49,571 bases of DNA, from NCBI RefSeq assembly GCF_001194135.2, contig NC_068993.1, positions 44,017,216 through 44,066,786 of the forward strand. Reading direction: 5' to 3'. Shown piece after piece: positions 1-11,787 of the stretch. The DNA is from Octopus bimaculoides. Lineage: Eukaryota. Each line of letters starts with the position of its first letter. Position 1 is the stretch's first letter. A program made the position numbers and the translations under genes. The notes beneath the pieces are model-generated. The model did not search any database, was not told the origin of the DNA, and saw nothing but the letters and a program-made list of their open reading frames with translations.

Positions 1-22
1 GTGCGTGTGTGTGTGATACAGT

Positions 23-67
<45 letters not shown>

Positions 68-261
68 TACTGACGTTTAGTTTAGCTGTGTTTGTTTTTC
101 CTTCTAAATGGAGTTGATGCGAGAGTAAGCTATTGCTGATGAGAACGTAGTTATATTTGAGCGTATTGTACAATCGAGCTCCTTTAACTGTCACAGTGGA
201 ACTGTATAAACATTAAACAGTTTAAAACTGGTCAATGTATCTAATTAATTTTTTTTATTAG

Positions 262-356
262 ATTACTTATGCAGTGTTGGCAAAAGTTTGTGGATTTATC
301 TACAGGGAAGTTTAGCGCAAAAAAACAACAACTCTTCGCCGTTGTTCTATGAACTG
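262..356 (+). other. Candidate 95-bp upstream exon (5' UTR or initiator exon), unassigned
   Basis: CTAAT branch-like motif at 241, T8 tract and TAG at 261, consensus donor CTG|GTGAGT at 356. No coding homology. Confidence 0.25.
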
Positions 357-580
357 GTGAGTACGTGATAAACTACGTTTCGCTTAAGAGGCTTAATAAA
401 TCAGAAACATGTCCGGAGTAGACGCATGATTACCAAAGATGTGACTACCCACCTACGTTACTCACCATTTGATATTCAATCAAGTTAATTTCGGACCCTT
501 CTACCTTGCCTTCCTTAGAAAAAAAATAAACTTGCCTTTAACAGCGGTGACTTTTTTCTCATTGCGAGTTTAACTGCAAT

Positions 581-976
581 TACTCTTTTACTCTTTTACT
601 TGTTTCAGTCATTTGACTGTGGCCTAGTACTTATTCTATCGGTCTCTTTTGCCAAACTGCTAAGTTACGGGGACGTAAACACACCAGCATCGGTTGTCGA
701 GCGATGTTGGAGGGGGGGGGACAAACACAGACACACAAACACACACACACACACACATACATATATATATATNNNNNNNNNNCACACATACATATATATA
801 TATATATATACATATATACGACGGGCTTCTTTCAGTTTCCGTCTACCAAATCCATTCACAAGGCTTTGGTCGGCCCGAGGCTATAGTAGAAGACACTTGC
901 CCAAGATGCCACGCAGTGGGACTGAACCAGGAGCCATGTGGTTCGTAAGGAAGCTACTTACCACACAGCCACTCCT
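581..976 (-). mobile_element. tRNA-headed SINE with internal (TA)/(TG) microsatellite
   Basis: Minus-strand head aggagtggctgtgtggtaag (A-box-like) and ggttcagtcc (B-box-like). Tail gactgaaacaagtaaaagagtaaaagagta. Same family as 21853-22245 and 47625-47812. Confidence 0.8.
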
Positions 977-2004
977 AAAAAAGTTTTTTCTGGTTTTAAG
1001 TATGCAAGTTAACATACCTATTACGTATTCTTTATATAGAAGGCAATCATAAATTTTCCGATATCCGGATATCTACCTACTAATCTATCTTCTAGTTATG
1101 TTTACATTATGGTGTATAAAAATAGCTTTTGTAATTAACATTTTAAGAAAAATCAAAATTCATCAAAATTCTCAAAAAACTCATAATACGTGGTTGGATC
1201 AATCAACGTTTTTTGGGTATCATGTCCGCATTGATAAACAATTATTTCCAAATAATTTGTTAATACTCAATATTTCCGTTCAGATATATAAAAATATATA
1301 AACAGACCTGTATCTTCCAATTGTTGTTGCATGAATCAACGAAAGAACCTCTAGGAGGTCGTTTACCTGATATAAATAACAATCGAATCTTCTTCAAACC
1401 GCAACATTCCATCTTGAATAAAAAAGAAACACACGAGATAATGAAGATGTATAAACATAGGCTTAAAAGGACATGATCGCAACGGTAAGAATGCAGGGGT
1501 TAAAATACCAGCAACAACAACAACAACTTCTATTCACTATTTATGATTCACTTTCTATAAACGATTATGTATAAATTAAAACCATTATGATTTACAAACG
1601 ATTATAGCGTGCAAGCCTTGGGAAAATGTACATCATAATAGTTTGCATCATGCATTCCATAATTAAAATTACAGCGGCAACTTGCTTTATATTTCATTAC
1701 TGTAGAATTAACCAAACCAGCAGCAGTGTATAATACTGGGGAAGACAGTACTTTAATACTCTTTTACTGGTTTTCGTGACAGAAGTGTGAACCTGTTGGG
1801 ATCACGCTTTCAAGGGTTGGAGTCGATTATATCCAAACCTGTACTATTTCAACGTGGTATATTGTTATATTGATCTCCATTCATCGAACCACTAGTTTAC
1901 GTTACATGAAGAGAGAAAATATAAACATATATCTATATATTCAATATATGCCGACATACATATATATATACATATGTTGTCACATGGGATCTATATAATA
2001 GTTT

Positions 2005-2198
2005 CAAATTTTGACATAAGTTAAGCAACTTTATGGGGAGAAGGTAAGTCGATTACATCGACCCTAGTGCTCATCTGGTATATAGTTTTTTGCCCACAAA
2101 AGTCAGTCAACATCGGTGGAACTTGAACTCAGAACGTAAAGAACTGGAAGAAATACCACTAAGCATGTCGTCCGATGTGGTAAAGATTCTGCCAGCTT
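2005..2198 (-). mobile_element. SINE of the abundant 'aaggcggcgagctggcaga' family
   Basis: gtcgattacatcgacc...ttgaactcagaacgtaaag...ctgccagct, the reverse complement of family blocks. Confidence 0.75.
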
Positions 2199-2351
2199 AG
2201 ATTCTACCTAAGATGAAATGCATATAATGACAGACATATGAAAAATGTTGATTCACTAAAATTTCCTTCGTGGATCCAGAACGGAAAGGAAAAATACTGG
2301 CGATATCTGTGAGAAATTCGGAATGGGAAGGGGAGATAACTTCAAGACATT

Positions 2352-2518
2352 GGTTTCAAATTTTGGCACAACGCCAGCAATTTTGTGGGCGAAAGTAACT
2401 CTATTACATCGACCCCAGTGTTCAACTAGTACTTATCTTATCGATCCCGAAAGGATGAAAGACAAAGTCGCTAAACATTTTGTTTGACGCGGTAACGTTT
2501 CTGCCAGTTCACCGCTTC
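2352..2518 (-). mobile_element. SINE, same family, internally deleted
   Basis: attacatcgaccccagtg...atcccgaaaggatgaaag...aacgtttctgccagttcaccgc. Confidence 0.75.
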
Positions 2519-2919
2519 GTAATTTCAAAACATTAAAAATGCTTTCCTATTTTAATTATCAAATTAACGTGATCTTTGTTTCAGGGCGCATTTCTATTTC
2601 AGTTCGGTTTCCTTAGTATTGCATTTTTTCTACTATTTTAATTCAGCTGCGAAATTACATTTAATTTCTTGAAATTAACTTCCCTTCTCATTCAGAGCTA
2701 TTGACAATTCTTGTTTGGTTTATGTTTTCCTTCTCTGTCCTTGAGTAAAAATTCCACTAACTTAAGAACTTTTTGTGTATATAGCATTCAATGCACCAAT
2801 GCACCTTCGCCATATTTTCTTAACTGTCCAAATTCGGGCCACCGACTATTTTGAGTTATTTTTTCTTAGTTCCTTTTCAGTTTAGTTGTCTGTGTGAGTG
2901 CCGGTATGTACACTCACAC

Positions 2920-2954
<35 letters not shown>

Positions 2955-3422
2955 TATATNNNNNNNNNNNNNNNNNNNNNNNNNNNNNNNNNNNNNNNNN
3001 NNNNNNNNNNNNNNNNNNNNNNNNNNNNNNNNNNNNNNNNNNNNNNNNNNNNNNNNNNNNNNNNNNNNNNNNNNNNNNNNNNNNNNNATATATATACACA
3101 CATATACATATACACAATACCTAAAGCCAGGAGGTATGACTCAACTCGAGTCTATAGAAGGAGACGTCTCTTCCATGTGTGACGCTGTTGAATCGAACTC
3201 AGACACTAATGGTTTCGAAACAAACATCTTGAATAAATAGTCATGTCTTTGCCTATCATTTACTATTTAAGTATAGGTGGGAACCGATGATGGATTGACA
3301 GAATCATGTTTAAATATATCTCTTATCGTCGAGATTCACTCTGTAAGTTTTTTCTCCTTTATGGATCGATGATAAAAAAGGTATCAACCATGAATTAGAG
3401 TCGACGTAATCGATTACGTGAT

Positions 3423-3480
3423 CAATTTGTGATTTTGCACCAATTTGTGATTTTACACCAATTTGTGATTTTGGACCAAT
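3423..3480. repeat. 18-bp tandem repeat, about 3 copies (caatttgtgattttgcac)
   Basis: Read directly. Confidence 0.85.
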
Positions 3481-3995
3481 ACTAGAAATTATTATCTAAT
3501 ACGTCGCAAGACAGCAAAATCGTTATCACTGCCGGGCTTAGCGGCAATTTATCTGTGTTGATGCTGGGTACATTATAGTCTATTCGTGAAAGGTGAAAGT
3601 TAAATTAAACGCCAGTCAACCTTGCACACAAAAGAACCTTATTAAATACAAGGAGTTTAGCTTAACAGGGAATTATTTCCTCCCTTCTGCTATCAATAAA
3701 GTCCATGAATGGGAATCGAACCATACATCTCTGGCTTGCAGAAAAAAATGTAATAAGAATTAGAACACTATTTGTTAGCAGTGACAATAAACCAGACTCT
3801 TTTAAAACCACTCCACATAGCTATAAATAGGTATCCCGGGAAAATGAAACAACCTCAACACTGTAATATGTAGAAATATTGCATATTTAATGAACGTTCA
3901 TCAACTCGTCCTTCTAATCTAAAATTCAATGTAAAAACTGGAATACTAATTAGTTGAAAGAAATCAATAACTACGTGTGTAAAATTCTGGCCATC

Positions 3996-4118
3996 TTAGC
4001 ATGCTGACAGACAGAATGTTGTTGAATAAGAATATCTTGCAGTATTCATTCCAACTGTCTGCGTTCTGAGTTCAAATCCTTCCGAGGTCATATTTGTTTT
4101 CCGTCTTCTCGGAATCAA
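3996..4118 (+). mobile_element. Degenerate SINE, same family
   Basis: cgttctgagttcaaatccttccgaggtca (B-box-like core). Confidence 0.55.
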
Positions 4119-4412
4119 AATAAATATATAAATAAATAAAATAAACACTAGAGAAATAGTGGAGGCGTTCCCTCTCTCTTCCTCTGTCTGTTTGTCTGTC
4201 TGTTTGTCTGTTTCTCTTTCTAAATCAAATCCTTTATGAGAAGCATCGCAGCGGAACCACTCCATTGGGTTCCTTTCGCCAGAAATAAAGAAGGGTTGAA
4301 CAAGAGGCCAGCAAACTTTCACATAGAAAAACTGGTATACTACTGGAACCGTCTAACTTCAAACGGACGCGCCGTACAGCGCGGAATAAAAATAAAGAAC
4401 ATGTTGAATGAA

Positions 4413-4417
<5 letters not shown>

Positions 4418-4480
<63 letters not shown>
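4418..4480. repeat. (TG)n microsatellite
   Basis: Read directly. Confidence 0.95.
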
Positions 4481-4482
<2 letters not shown>

Positions 4483-4568
4483 GATGACGCGCGTGTGTGT
4501 ATTTACTAGAGATTTACAAATAAGAGCATCAAAAGAGATACCTTCTTACACTGATAAGGTGTCTTTTC

Positions 4569-4611
<43 letters not shown>

Positions 4612-4822
4612 TCAAGTAAAAATGAATTCTTATAATATTCATTATGCTTTAACACCCAATGGAACAACGTTCAAAATATTACTAGTGCTCATCAATTTAT
4701 AGATACATTACACATATATATACTTTTTTGTGAGTAACACTTAAGCATTTGAAGCTGTTGAATTCGTTCCACTTTATAAGATATATTTTCTAAACCATCC
4801 GACCCGATCTGGAGTCGCTCTG

Positions 4823-4823
<1 letters not shown>

Positions 4824-4900
<77 letters not shown>
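4824..4900. repeat. (ATT)n microsatellite
   Basis: Read directly. Confidence 0.95.
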
Positions 4901-5220
4901 TTGTATTTGAAAGTTCATTCTGCTGTCTTCTTTATCTCATAATACTTAACTAATGTCTTAATATTCATAAATTCTGATGATTCGCTATGCAACATTTATG
5001 AGTGATTTCTTTATTATTATTGTAGCCCGAGCTTGGACTATTTTTTTTTAAAAAACAGTGATATGAATGCACATAAAAATGATAAACTAAGTGCAGTGAC
5101 TTGTTGTTTCATGCTCCAAACGTAACTTCAGTTAACTATCGATGTTACACGTTGTGACTAGGCAGAACAAAACAGAAATAATTTGAAATTATAGATAAAA
5201 ATTTAAGAACACAGAGGTAT

Positions 5221-5288
5221 GATGGGGCATCCTCATGTCTGGTGTGATGGTGCATCCTCATGTCTGGTGTGATGGTGCATCCTCATGC
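5221..5288. repeat. 25-bp tandem repeat, about 2.7 copies (gatggtgcatcctcatgtctggtgt)
   Basis: Read directly. Confidence 0.85.
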
Positions 5289-7039
5289 TGTGAATGGAAA
5301 TGATAATAATGATTATTATGTATATTTGTAGCTTTTGCACGGAATGTATTAAACATGTTGTAAATGCGCAAATTTAGCATAAACTAAAATTACTATTCCT
5401 AGAAAATCTTTAGAAGATGTATGTAACCTGTGTGTGAGAACATACACCTATGTGATGTGTAAATATGCATATATTTTGATAGTTTTGGATACATATACAA
5501 CATATATGAAATTAGGTGGAGCATTTATTGTAGAAAGTAACATAATGCAAAATAACGAGTGAATCATTGAGTCCAGTTTATTGTGCACACCAAAAGTAAT
5601 CAAAGTTGTATAATATTTAGGTAGTGATAAATATAAAGATTTAGCCTTTGAAGTGTATACGCATAAGAATATTTTATTTTAATTCAAGACAACAAATTGA
5701 AGAGAAGAGACATAATCAATTTAATCAACTATAGTATACAACTGGCAGTTATATTATTGCACTTCTCTCGTCACTGGATGAAACGCAATGTTGGTTCAAT
5801 TAGGGTTTCAACTCACAATATAAAGTGTTAATACTAAATACTCCACAGCACTAAAGTGAAAGTACTTCATTCAATCAATACGAAAGAAAACTCAAAATGT
5901 GTATGAGCTAACAGCCATGTTAATTGCATTCACAGGAATATTCCCTTTTAAAATTGCAATAAAACTTCATGTACAATAAAGTTTAGACATTATTCTCTGG
6001 TAGAGACGTTTATTGCCTAACAGCGATATACATTACGGCACTTAAAATATAAGTAGGATTACTTTGAATAAGTAACAAGAAAATAGATCCCCTTAACTAG
6101 ATGATAGCTTTGAATTTGTATTTACATATATTACATCATCTAAAGCGAGCAAACTTTTGTAGCAACATACACTGCTTCAATAAAAACAGGCTAGCTATTT
6201 GTATTTAGACCAAACAAGTGTTTGTATTGCACCGAACAAGATATCTGACAATTTGTATCGACACAGACCGTAGTCATTATCTGACAATATGTATTTATAT
6301 ATATACATATAGCCTCTCTGCAGTTTATATGACATTTTGAACCTTTTCAAATTACATCAGTAACAATAGATATTGGAACAATTAGAGTTTATCCAAACTA
6401 CAACACACAAGCTATCTAACAATCTTCACACATTGCATTACTATCAACCGACCATGTCAAACATATGACACGCGGGATGGAATCGGCCCACGATTAAGTT
6501 TAGTTCGGCATTCCGCCTCAATTTTATGAAAGTAAATTTTCATTACTTTTCAACTTTGTAATATTCTGCAAAATATAGATAACACACTTTCAAAGTCAGA
6601 ATTCTACTAGAGTTGCGATGCATGTTATATAACCAAGTAAAAAGAATTTTATAAATTAATGTATTAAAACATGTGATCTATTTCTCCGCTGCTTTGCCAA
6701 TACGTACCGAACCAAACCAAAGTATTCTAGTTACCACATGTGTACACCTGCTCGTCCGTTTGGAATCTAGTGATATGAATGCTATATATATATATATATA
6801 TATATNNNNNNNNNNNNNNNNNNNNNNNNNNNNNNNNNNNNNNNNNNNNNNNNNNNNNNNNNNNNNNNNNNNNNNNNNNNNNNNNNNNNNNNNNNNNNNN
6901 NNNNNNNNNNNNNNNNNNNNNNNNNNNNNNNNNNNNNNNNNNNNNNNNNNNNNNNNNNNNNNNNNNNNNNNNNNNNNNNNNNNNNNNNNNNNNNNNNNNN
7001 NNNNNNNNNNNNNNNNNNNNNNNNNNNNNNNNNNNTTAC

Positions 7040-7092
<53 letters not shown>

Positions 7093-7157
7093 TATTTTTG
7101 TGTAGAAACACGTCCGGCTTTGCAGGAGGTACGCATCAATCATTTTTGAATTTTAAC

Positions 7158-7411
7158 TATTGGGTTGGTGCATAATTATTGCGGCTTTGTTTCAACAAAT
7201 TTTATTCAACAAAGACAATAATAATATTTAACAAAAACATCTTTAAATGACGGTCTGACCATCTGCCAAGCAAGTGGGAAGCAGTAATTGAAGTAGATGG
7301 TAAATATGCTCCAGAATAATCATTTAAAGATGTTTTTGTTACATGTTGTTATTGTTTTTGTTGAATAAAATTTGTTTAAAAAAGCCGCAATAATTATGCA
7401 TCAACTCATTA
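7158..7411. mobile_element. Mariner-derived MITE with about 90-bp inverted arms
   Basis: TA-ttgggttggtgcataattattgcggct...agccgcaataattatgcatcaactcat-TA. Arms are 7160-7250 and 7320-7409. The spacer encodes HLPSKWEAVIEVDGKYAPE*, resembling the mariner C-terminal LPxRW..V...G.Y motif. Confidence 0.88.
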
Positions 7412-7559
7412 CTTTCGGCAAAAACAAATATTTTACAATTTTCTTTAATTATTTAAAGATGGCTGATAAAGAAGCCATCACAATGTTCAACAACGGCGCG
7501 TGTTCCTGGTGGGAGAAGAATGAATACAAAGATATAGAATGGCCTACACTTAATGACGT

Positions 7560-7646
7560 CACGAGGCGAATACTGTTTCGTCTCTAAGCAACATCAAAAC
7601 TTTCGGTGACGACAACGACAACAGCAACAGCAGCTGCAGTGACAGC

Positions 7647-7683
<37 letters not shown>

Positions 7684-8290
7684 CTAAAGAAGTAAAACTT
7701 AGAAACATGAATATCACCACTGCCACCGCCGCCAAAACCGCCAAAACCGCCAAAACCGCCACCGCCGCCAAAACCGCCTTCGCTGCAATTTCTTTTGCGA
7801 TTGCTTCGAGAAATTTGGAGGATTTCTGCATAGATGACGAAAATTTTAAAATGGCAAAGAAAATTGTTAAAAGGAATGAGAGAAGGGTAGCCCTAAAACC
7901 TCCGTCCAACGTGATAGAGAATATTTTGAGATGCACGGTCACATACTGCTGCATCGGAGTTAAATCACGCCGGGTGAAAAATGCTCCTGAGAGCGAAATA
8001 CAAAAATGCCTTGCGCGCGTGTGGGAACAAAAGACCCACGTCACCCGAGGAAATAAGTTTGGAACTATTGGGATGAGATATGAGACAGAGGAAGAAGCCA
8101 GGTGTCATTCCGCGACCACTTTGAGGAATGAAAATTTCTTAATTCCCAGCTATCGCGGCCAACGCCTTGCTAAGATTAGAGTGTTGAACGTGCCACCAGA
8201 AATATTCATCACCTGATTATTGGCGGCTGTCTTGGCAGGATTGGAAGAAGGTCATTCATCAGTTTTTGAGTTTGGAGAGAAATGGCTAAG
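7560..8290 (+). mobile_element. Non-LTR retrotransposon ORF1 (L1/Tx1-like, RRM-type) 5' fragment
   Basis: ORF 7707-8216 ends ...IPSYRGQRLAKIRVLNVPPEIFIT*, and the frame continues LLAAVL after the TGA. The 5' region has (CAA)n and GCCAAAACC repeats. Family assignment is from motif recall only. Confidence 0.55.
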
Positions 8291-8299
8291 ATTTGCCCT

Positions 8300-8353
8300 G
8301 TTTATATTTATACCGTATGTTACATATTATTATTATTGTTGTTATTATTATTA

Positions 8354-8389
<36 letters not shown>

Positions 8390-8815
8390 TGTAGTCTTAT
8401 TTTTATCACTTGCTTTCACTGCACTACAGAGTGCAGCTGTGTGTGCCTTGGGTATGTGCTGTGATTTGTTGTAGTGTTCTTATTTTCTCTGTATTGAAAG
8501 TGCTTTACGTAGGATGTGCGCGGTGCCTAGTAGTGCTACTTTCTCTGTGTGATGTACACTTGTAAATCCTGGTGTTTTGGTTATGTATTTGTCTGAATGT
8601 TTTTTTTTTGTCATGCCTAATACGCCTACTATTATAAGAATTGTTTCTGTTTTTAGGCTCCACATTCGAGTTACTTCTATTTCCAGATCTTCATATTTTG
8701 AATGTTTCTCCGCTTCTCCGTTTTTTTTGTTTTTTTAGAAAAACGTTGTCATCTGTTGGTATTGATACATCGATTAGAAGGTATCTTTTTTCTTGGTGAT
8801 CTCAGATCCGGTCTT
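8300..8815 (-). mobile_element. Dong/R4-like RLE non-LTR retrotransposon 3' end
   Basis: Minus strand, frameshifted: RPD...LLIDVSIPTDDNV...EKHSKYEDLEIEVTRMWSLKTETILIIVGVLG...KVALLGTAHILRKALS (PD..D..K restriction-like endonuclease). 3' UTR runs into a (TAA)n tail. Confidence 0.88.
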
Positions 8816-8846
8816 TGTCATTATTATTATTGTTGTTGTTGTTGTT

Positions 8847-9050
8847 AAGGCGGCGAGCTGGCAGAAACGTTATCCCGCCAGGCGAAATGCTTAGCGGTAT
8901 TTCGTCTGTCTATGTTCTGAGTTCAAATTCCGACTTTGCCTTTCATCCTTTCGAGATCGATAAATTAAGTACCTGTTGCGTACTGGGGTTGATGTAATCG
9001 ACTGGCCCGCTCCCCCCAAATTTCGAACCCTGTGTCTAGAGTAGAAAAGA
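8847..9050 (+). mobile_element. SINE, same family
   Basis: aaggcggcgagctggcagaaacgtta...ttctgagttcaaattcc...gatgtaatcgact. Confidence 0.85.
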
Positions 9051-9425
9051 TTGTTGTTACTGTTGTCATTTTTATTATCCTCTTCTCACTCTTTCTGTTT
9101 CTTCAATCAATATTCAAGAATAACAAACGCTAGACATCGAAATACTGTGTCTGTCTGATTTTTGTTTGTTTTACATTAATTTCTTTCTTTCCATCCTTAT
9201 TTTCCTTTTCATTTTCTTTGTTATTTTCTTTCCACTACTATATCACTCTCTTTGTTTTTCGTTCTGCATCATCACTGTTCCTCCCGATTAAGATGCCTCA
9301 CTGGTTTGGTCTGGTAGGCCACTCCAGTTTCAATAAGTTTCCATATCTTACACACTGCTGGAAAACATCTCACGTCTACGCAGAATCACAACAGTGTCGC
9401 GGTGCTGGATTCTTATTTTCAGTAT

Positions 9426-9458
<33 letters not shown>

Positions 9459-10019
9459 NNNNNNNNNNNNNNNNNNNNNNNNNNNNNNNNNNNNNNNNNN
9501 NNNNNNNNNNNNNNNNNNNNNNNNNNNNNNNNNNNNNNNNNNNNNNNNNNNNNNNNNNNNNNNNNNNNNNNNNNNNNNNNNNNNNNNNNNNNNNNNNNNN
9601 NNNNNNNNNNNNNNNNNNNNNNNNNNNNNNNNNNNNNNNNNNNNNNNNNNNNNNNNNNNNNNNNNNNNNNNNNNNNNNNNNNNNNNNNNNNNNNNNNNNN
9701 NNNNNNNNNNNNNNNNNNNNNNNNNNNNNNNNNNNNNNNNNNNNNNNNNNNNNNNNNNNNNNNNNNNNNNNNNNNNNNNNNNNNNNNNNNNNNNNNNNNN
9801 NNNNNNNNNNNNNNNNNNNNNNNNNNNNNNNNNNNNNNNNNNNNNNNNNNNNNNNNNNNNNNNNNNNNNNNNNNNNNNNNNNNNNNNNNNNNNNNNNNNN
9901 NNNTGATGATGATGGATGCAAATTTTAACACAAGGGCAGCAGTTCTGAAGGAGAGGATAAGTCGATTATATCGACCCTAGTGTTCATTTGACACTTATTT
10001 TATTTTACCAGACAAAGAA

Positions 10020-10410
10020 TGTTGCTCAAGGAGCTGCCTTCCAAGTCTTATGATGTTATCAGTCACATGTGTGAAAACTTGGTCAAGGGATGCACTTCGA
10101 CACTCGGTGGTTAAAGGTTTTGCCGAAGGGATATGATACGACATTCAAAGGTATTCTGGATCGATGTTAAGCCTCTGCCGCCTTGTTTTCGTTTTAGTTC
10201 AAGGCGGTCTACATCATTGTTTATGACGAAATTATGTGTGCTTGTTAGTATTTTTCCGGTTTTCACATCAATGGCTCGAATCTCATCAAGCGTCCAATTA
10301 AACAGCCTAAATGTTGGTATGAGTACTGCCACTGGAAACACATTGTGGGCTACTGTTTTATTGAATGCAGAGAGTTCTGAGGTCCAAATTTTCTTTATTC
10401 GGCTTTAATA
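10020..10410 (-). mobile_element. Dong/R4-like RT thumb fragment
   Basis: AVLIPTFRLFNWTLDEIRAIDVKTGKILT...DVDRLELKRKQGGRGL, the typical RLE-clade LYxxRxxGGRGL motif. Confidence 0.85.
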
Positions 10411-10446
10411 TTCTTTAGTGACACGTGTCTTGTCACAGGTTCCATA

Positions 10447-10494
<48 letters not shown>

Positions 10495-10511
10495 NNNNNN
10501 NNNNNNNNNNN

Positions 10512-10550
<39 letters not shown>

Positions 10551-10789
10551 ATAGATTAAGAAATGGAGTGAAAAGCAGGTGTTATTCAAAACATTTAACG
10601 TCTACATTTGACTCCATTTTTTAATTTATCCATGTTATACAAAAGCAATTCACTTAACCCTAGAATTTCTACCTTTATATGTAGACTGTAATAGCTTTGG
10701 CATTTATGTGAATTTTTGCTACCCTCGTAACTATTTGTTTATTTTTTTCTTTGTTATTTGCCCACATTGAAAAAATATACATACATTTA

Positions 10790-11010
10790 TGAGACTGCTA
10801 GGAAATAACGGAATCGCTGTTACAACGGTTACTGGAATCTGTCGAAAGCTTTCCTGTAATGGTCTCACGAAGCTCTTTCCGGAATTCCTCGTGAGAATTG
10901 CGTGTTGGCATACTCGTAGCGTTGCTTCCAATAATATCATATGTGCATTTTTATATAATGCTTTGTTATATGAGTATACTACCATCGTGCGAGCAGGGTG
11001 TCGATGTTGT
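10790..11010 (-). mobile_element. Degenerate RT fragment (DxYRKAFD motif), probably the same Dong/R4-like family
   Basis: Minus strand gaccattacaggaaagctttcgac reads DHYRKAFD, matching the RT motif DYxKAFD; frameshifted. Confidence 0.55.
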
Positions 11011-11299
11011 TAAATAAGACAATGATTGCTAATTTCCAATCTGTTGTTGATTTAGGGCCCTAGTCTGTCTATGAGGATAACCTACTACTACTACTAATAA
11101 TAATACATACATACATACATACATACATACATACGTATACATACATACATACATACATACATACATACACACATACATATATGAAGTTCTCTCGTGGTAC
11201 CTATCTCAGTATTCTGAAGGTTAGGGTTAGCACAACATCCACTTTTAGTGGGGATAAATATTACCGTTTGATATTAATACTGCTTCTGTCGCTATTTTA

Positions 11300-11300
<1 letters not shown>

Positions 11301-11364
<64 letters not shown>

Positions 11365-11365
11365 C

Positions 11366-11404
<39 letters not shown>

Positions 11405-11427
11405 CTCTCTCTCTCTCTCTCTCTCTC
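11301..11427. repeat. (ATCT)n-(CT)n compound microsatellite
   Basis: Read directly. Confidence 0.95.
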
Positions 11428-11634
11428 NNNNNNNNNNNNNNNNNNNNNNNNNNNNNNNNNNNNNNNNNNNNNNNNNNNNNNNNNNNNNNNNNNNNNNNNN
11501 NNNNNNNNNNNNNNNNNNNNNNNNNNNNNNNNNNNNNNNNNNNNNNNNNNNNNNNNNNNNNNNNNNNNNNNNNNNNNNNNNNNNNNNNNNNNNNNNNNNN
11601 NNNNNNNNNNNNNNNNNNNNNNNNNNNNNNNNNN

Positions 11635-11749
11635 TTTAAGAAACACAAAAAAAAAACCCCATTAGATTCACTTCAACATTTAAATTTAATTTGCCAAAAT
11701 ATTTTCGTCGCTTTGAGACCGCGACCTGTTCACTGACAAAATTCCGTGC

Positions 11750-11752
<3 letters not shown>
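11635..11752 (-). mobile_element. Short interspersed repeat carrying the G3:C8 hammerhead motif (probable PLE pLTR fragment)
   Basis: Near-identical to 44287-44396; abuts (TA)n and an N gap. Confidence 0.65.
11692..11741 (-). ncRNA. Minimal type I hammerhead motif with G3:C8 core covariation
   Basis: Minus strand reads TTGTCA-GTGAACA-G-GTCGC-ggtctcaaa-GCGAC-GAAA-ATAT-T-T-TGGCAA. This gives a 6-bp stem I (one GU), a 5-bp stem II and palindromic helix III (AATATT). Confidence 0.68.

Positions 11753-11787
<35 letters not shown>

Noticed and set aside
1098-1301. ORF MFTLWCIKIAFVINIL... as a possible signal-peptide exon
   Set aside because: No suitable phase-2 donor; the downstream part loosely resembles a decayed PLE instead.
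5190-5225. AG|gtatga phase-2 donor that would give ...LRTQR-SLLIQ
   Set aside because: In-frame TAA just upstream and no convincing acceptor tract.
3423-5288. Short tandem repeats as possible CRISPR-like arrays
   Set aside because: Eukaryotic context, contiguous units with no unique spacers.
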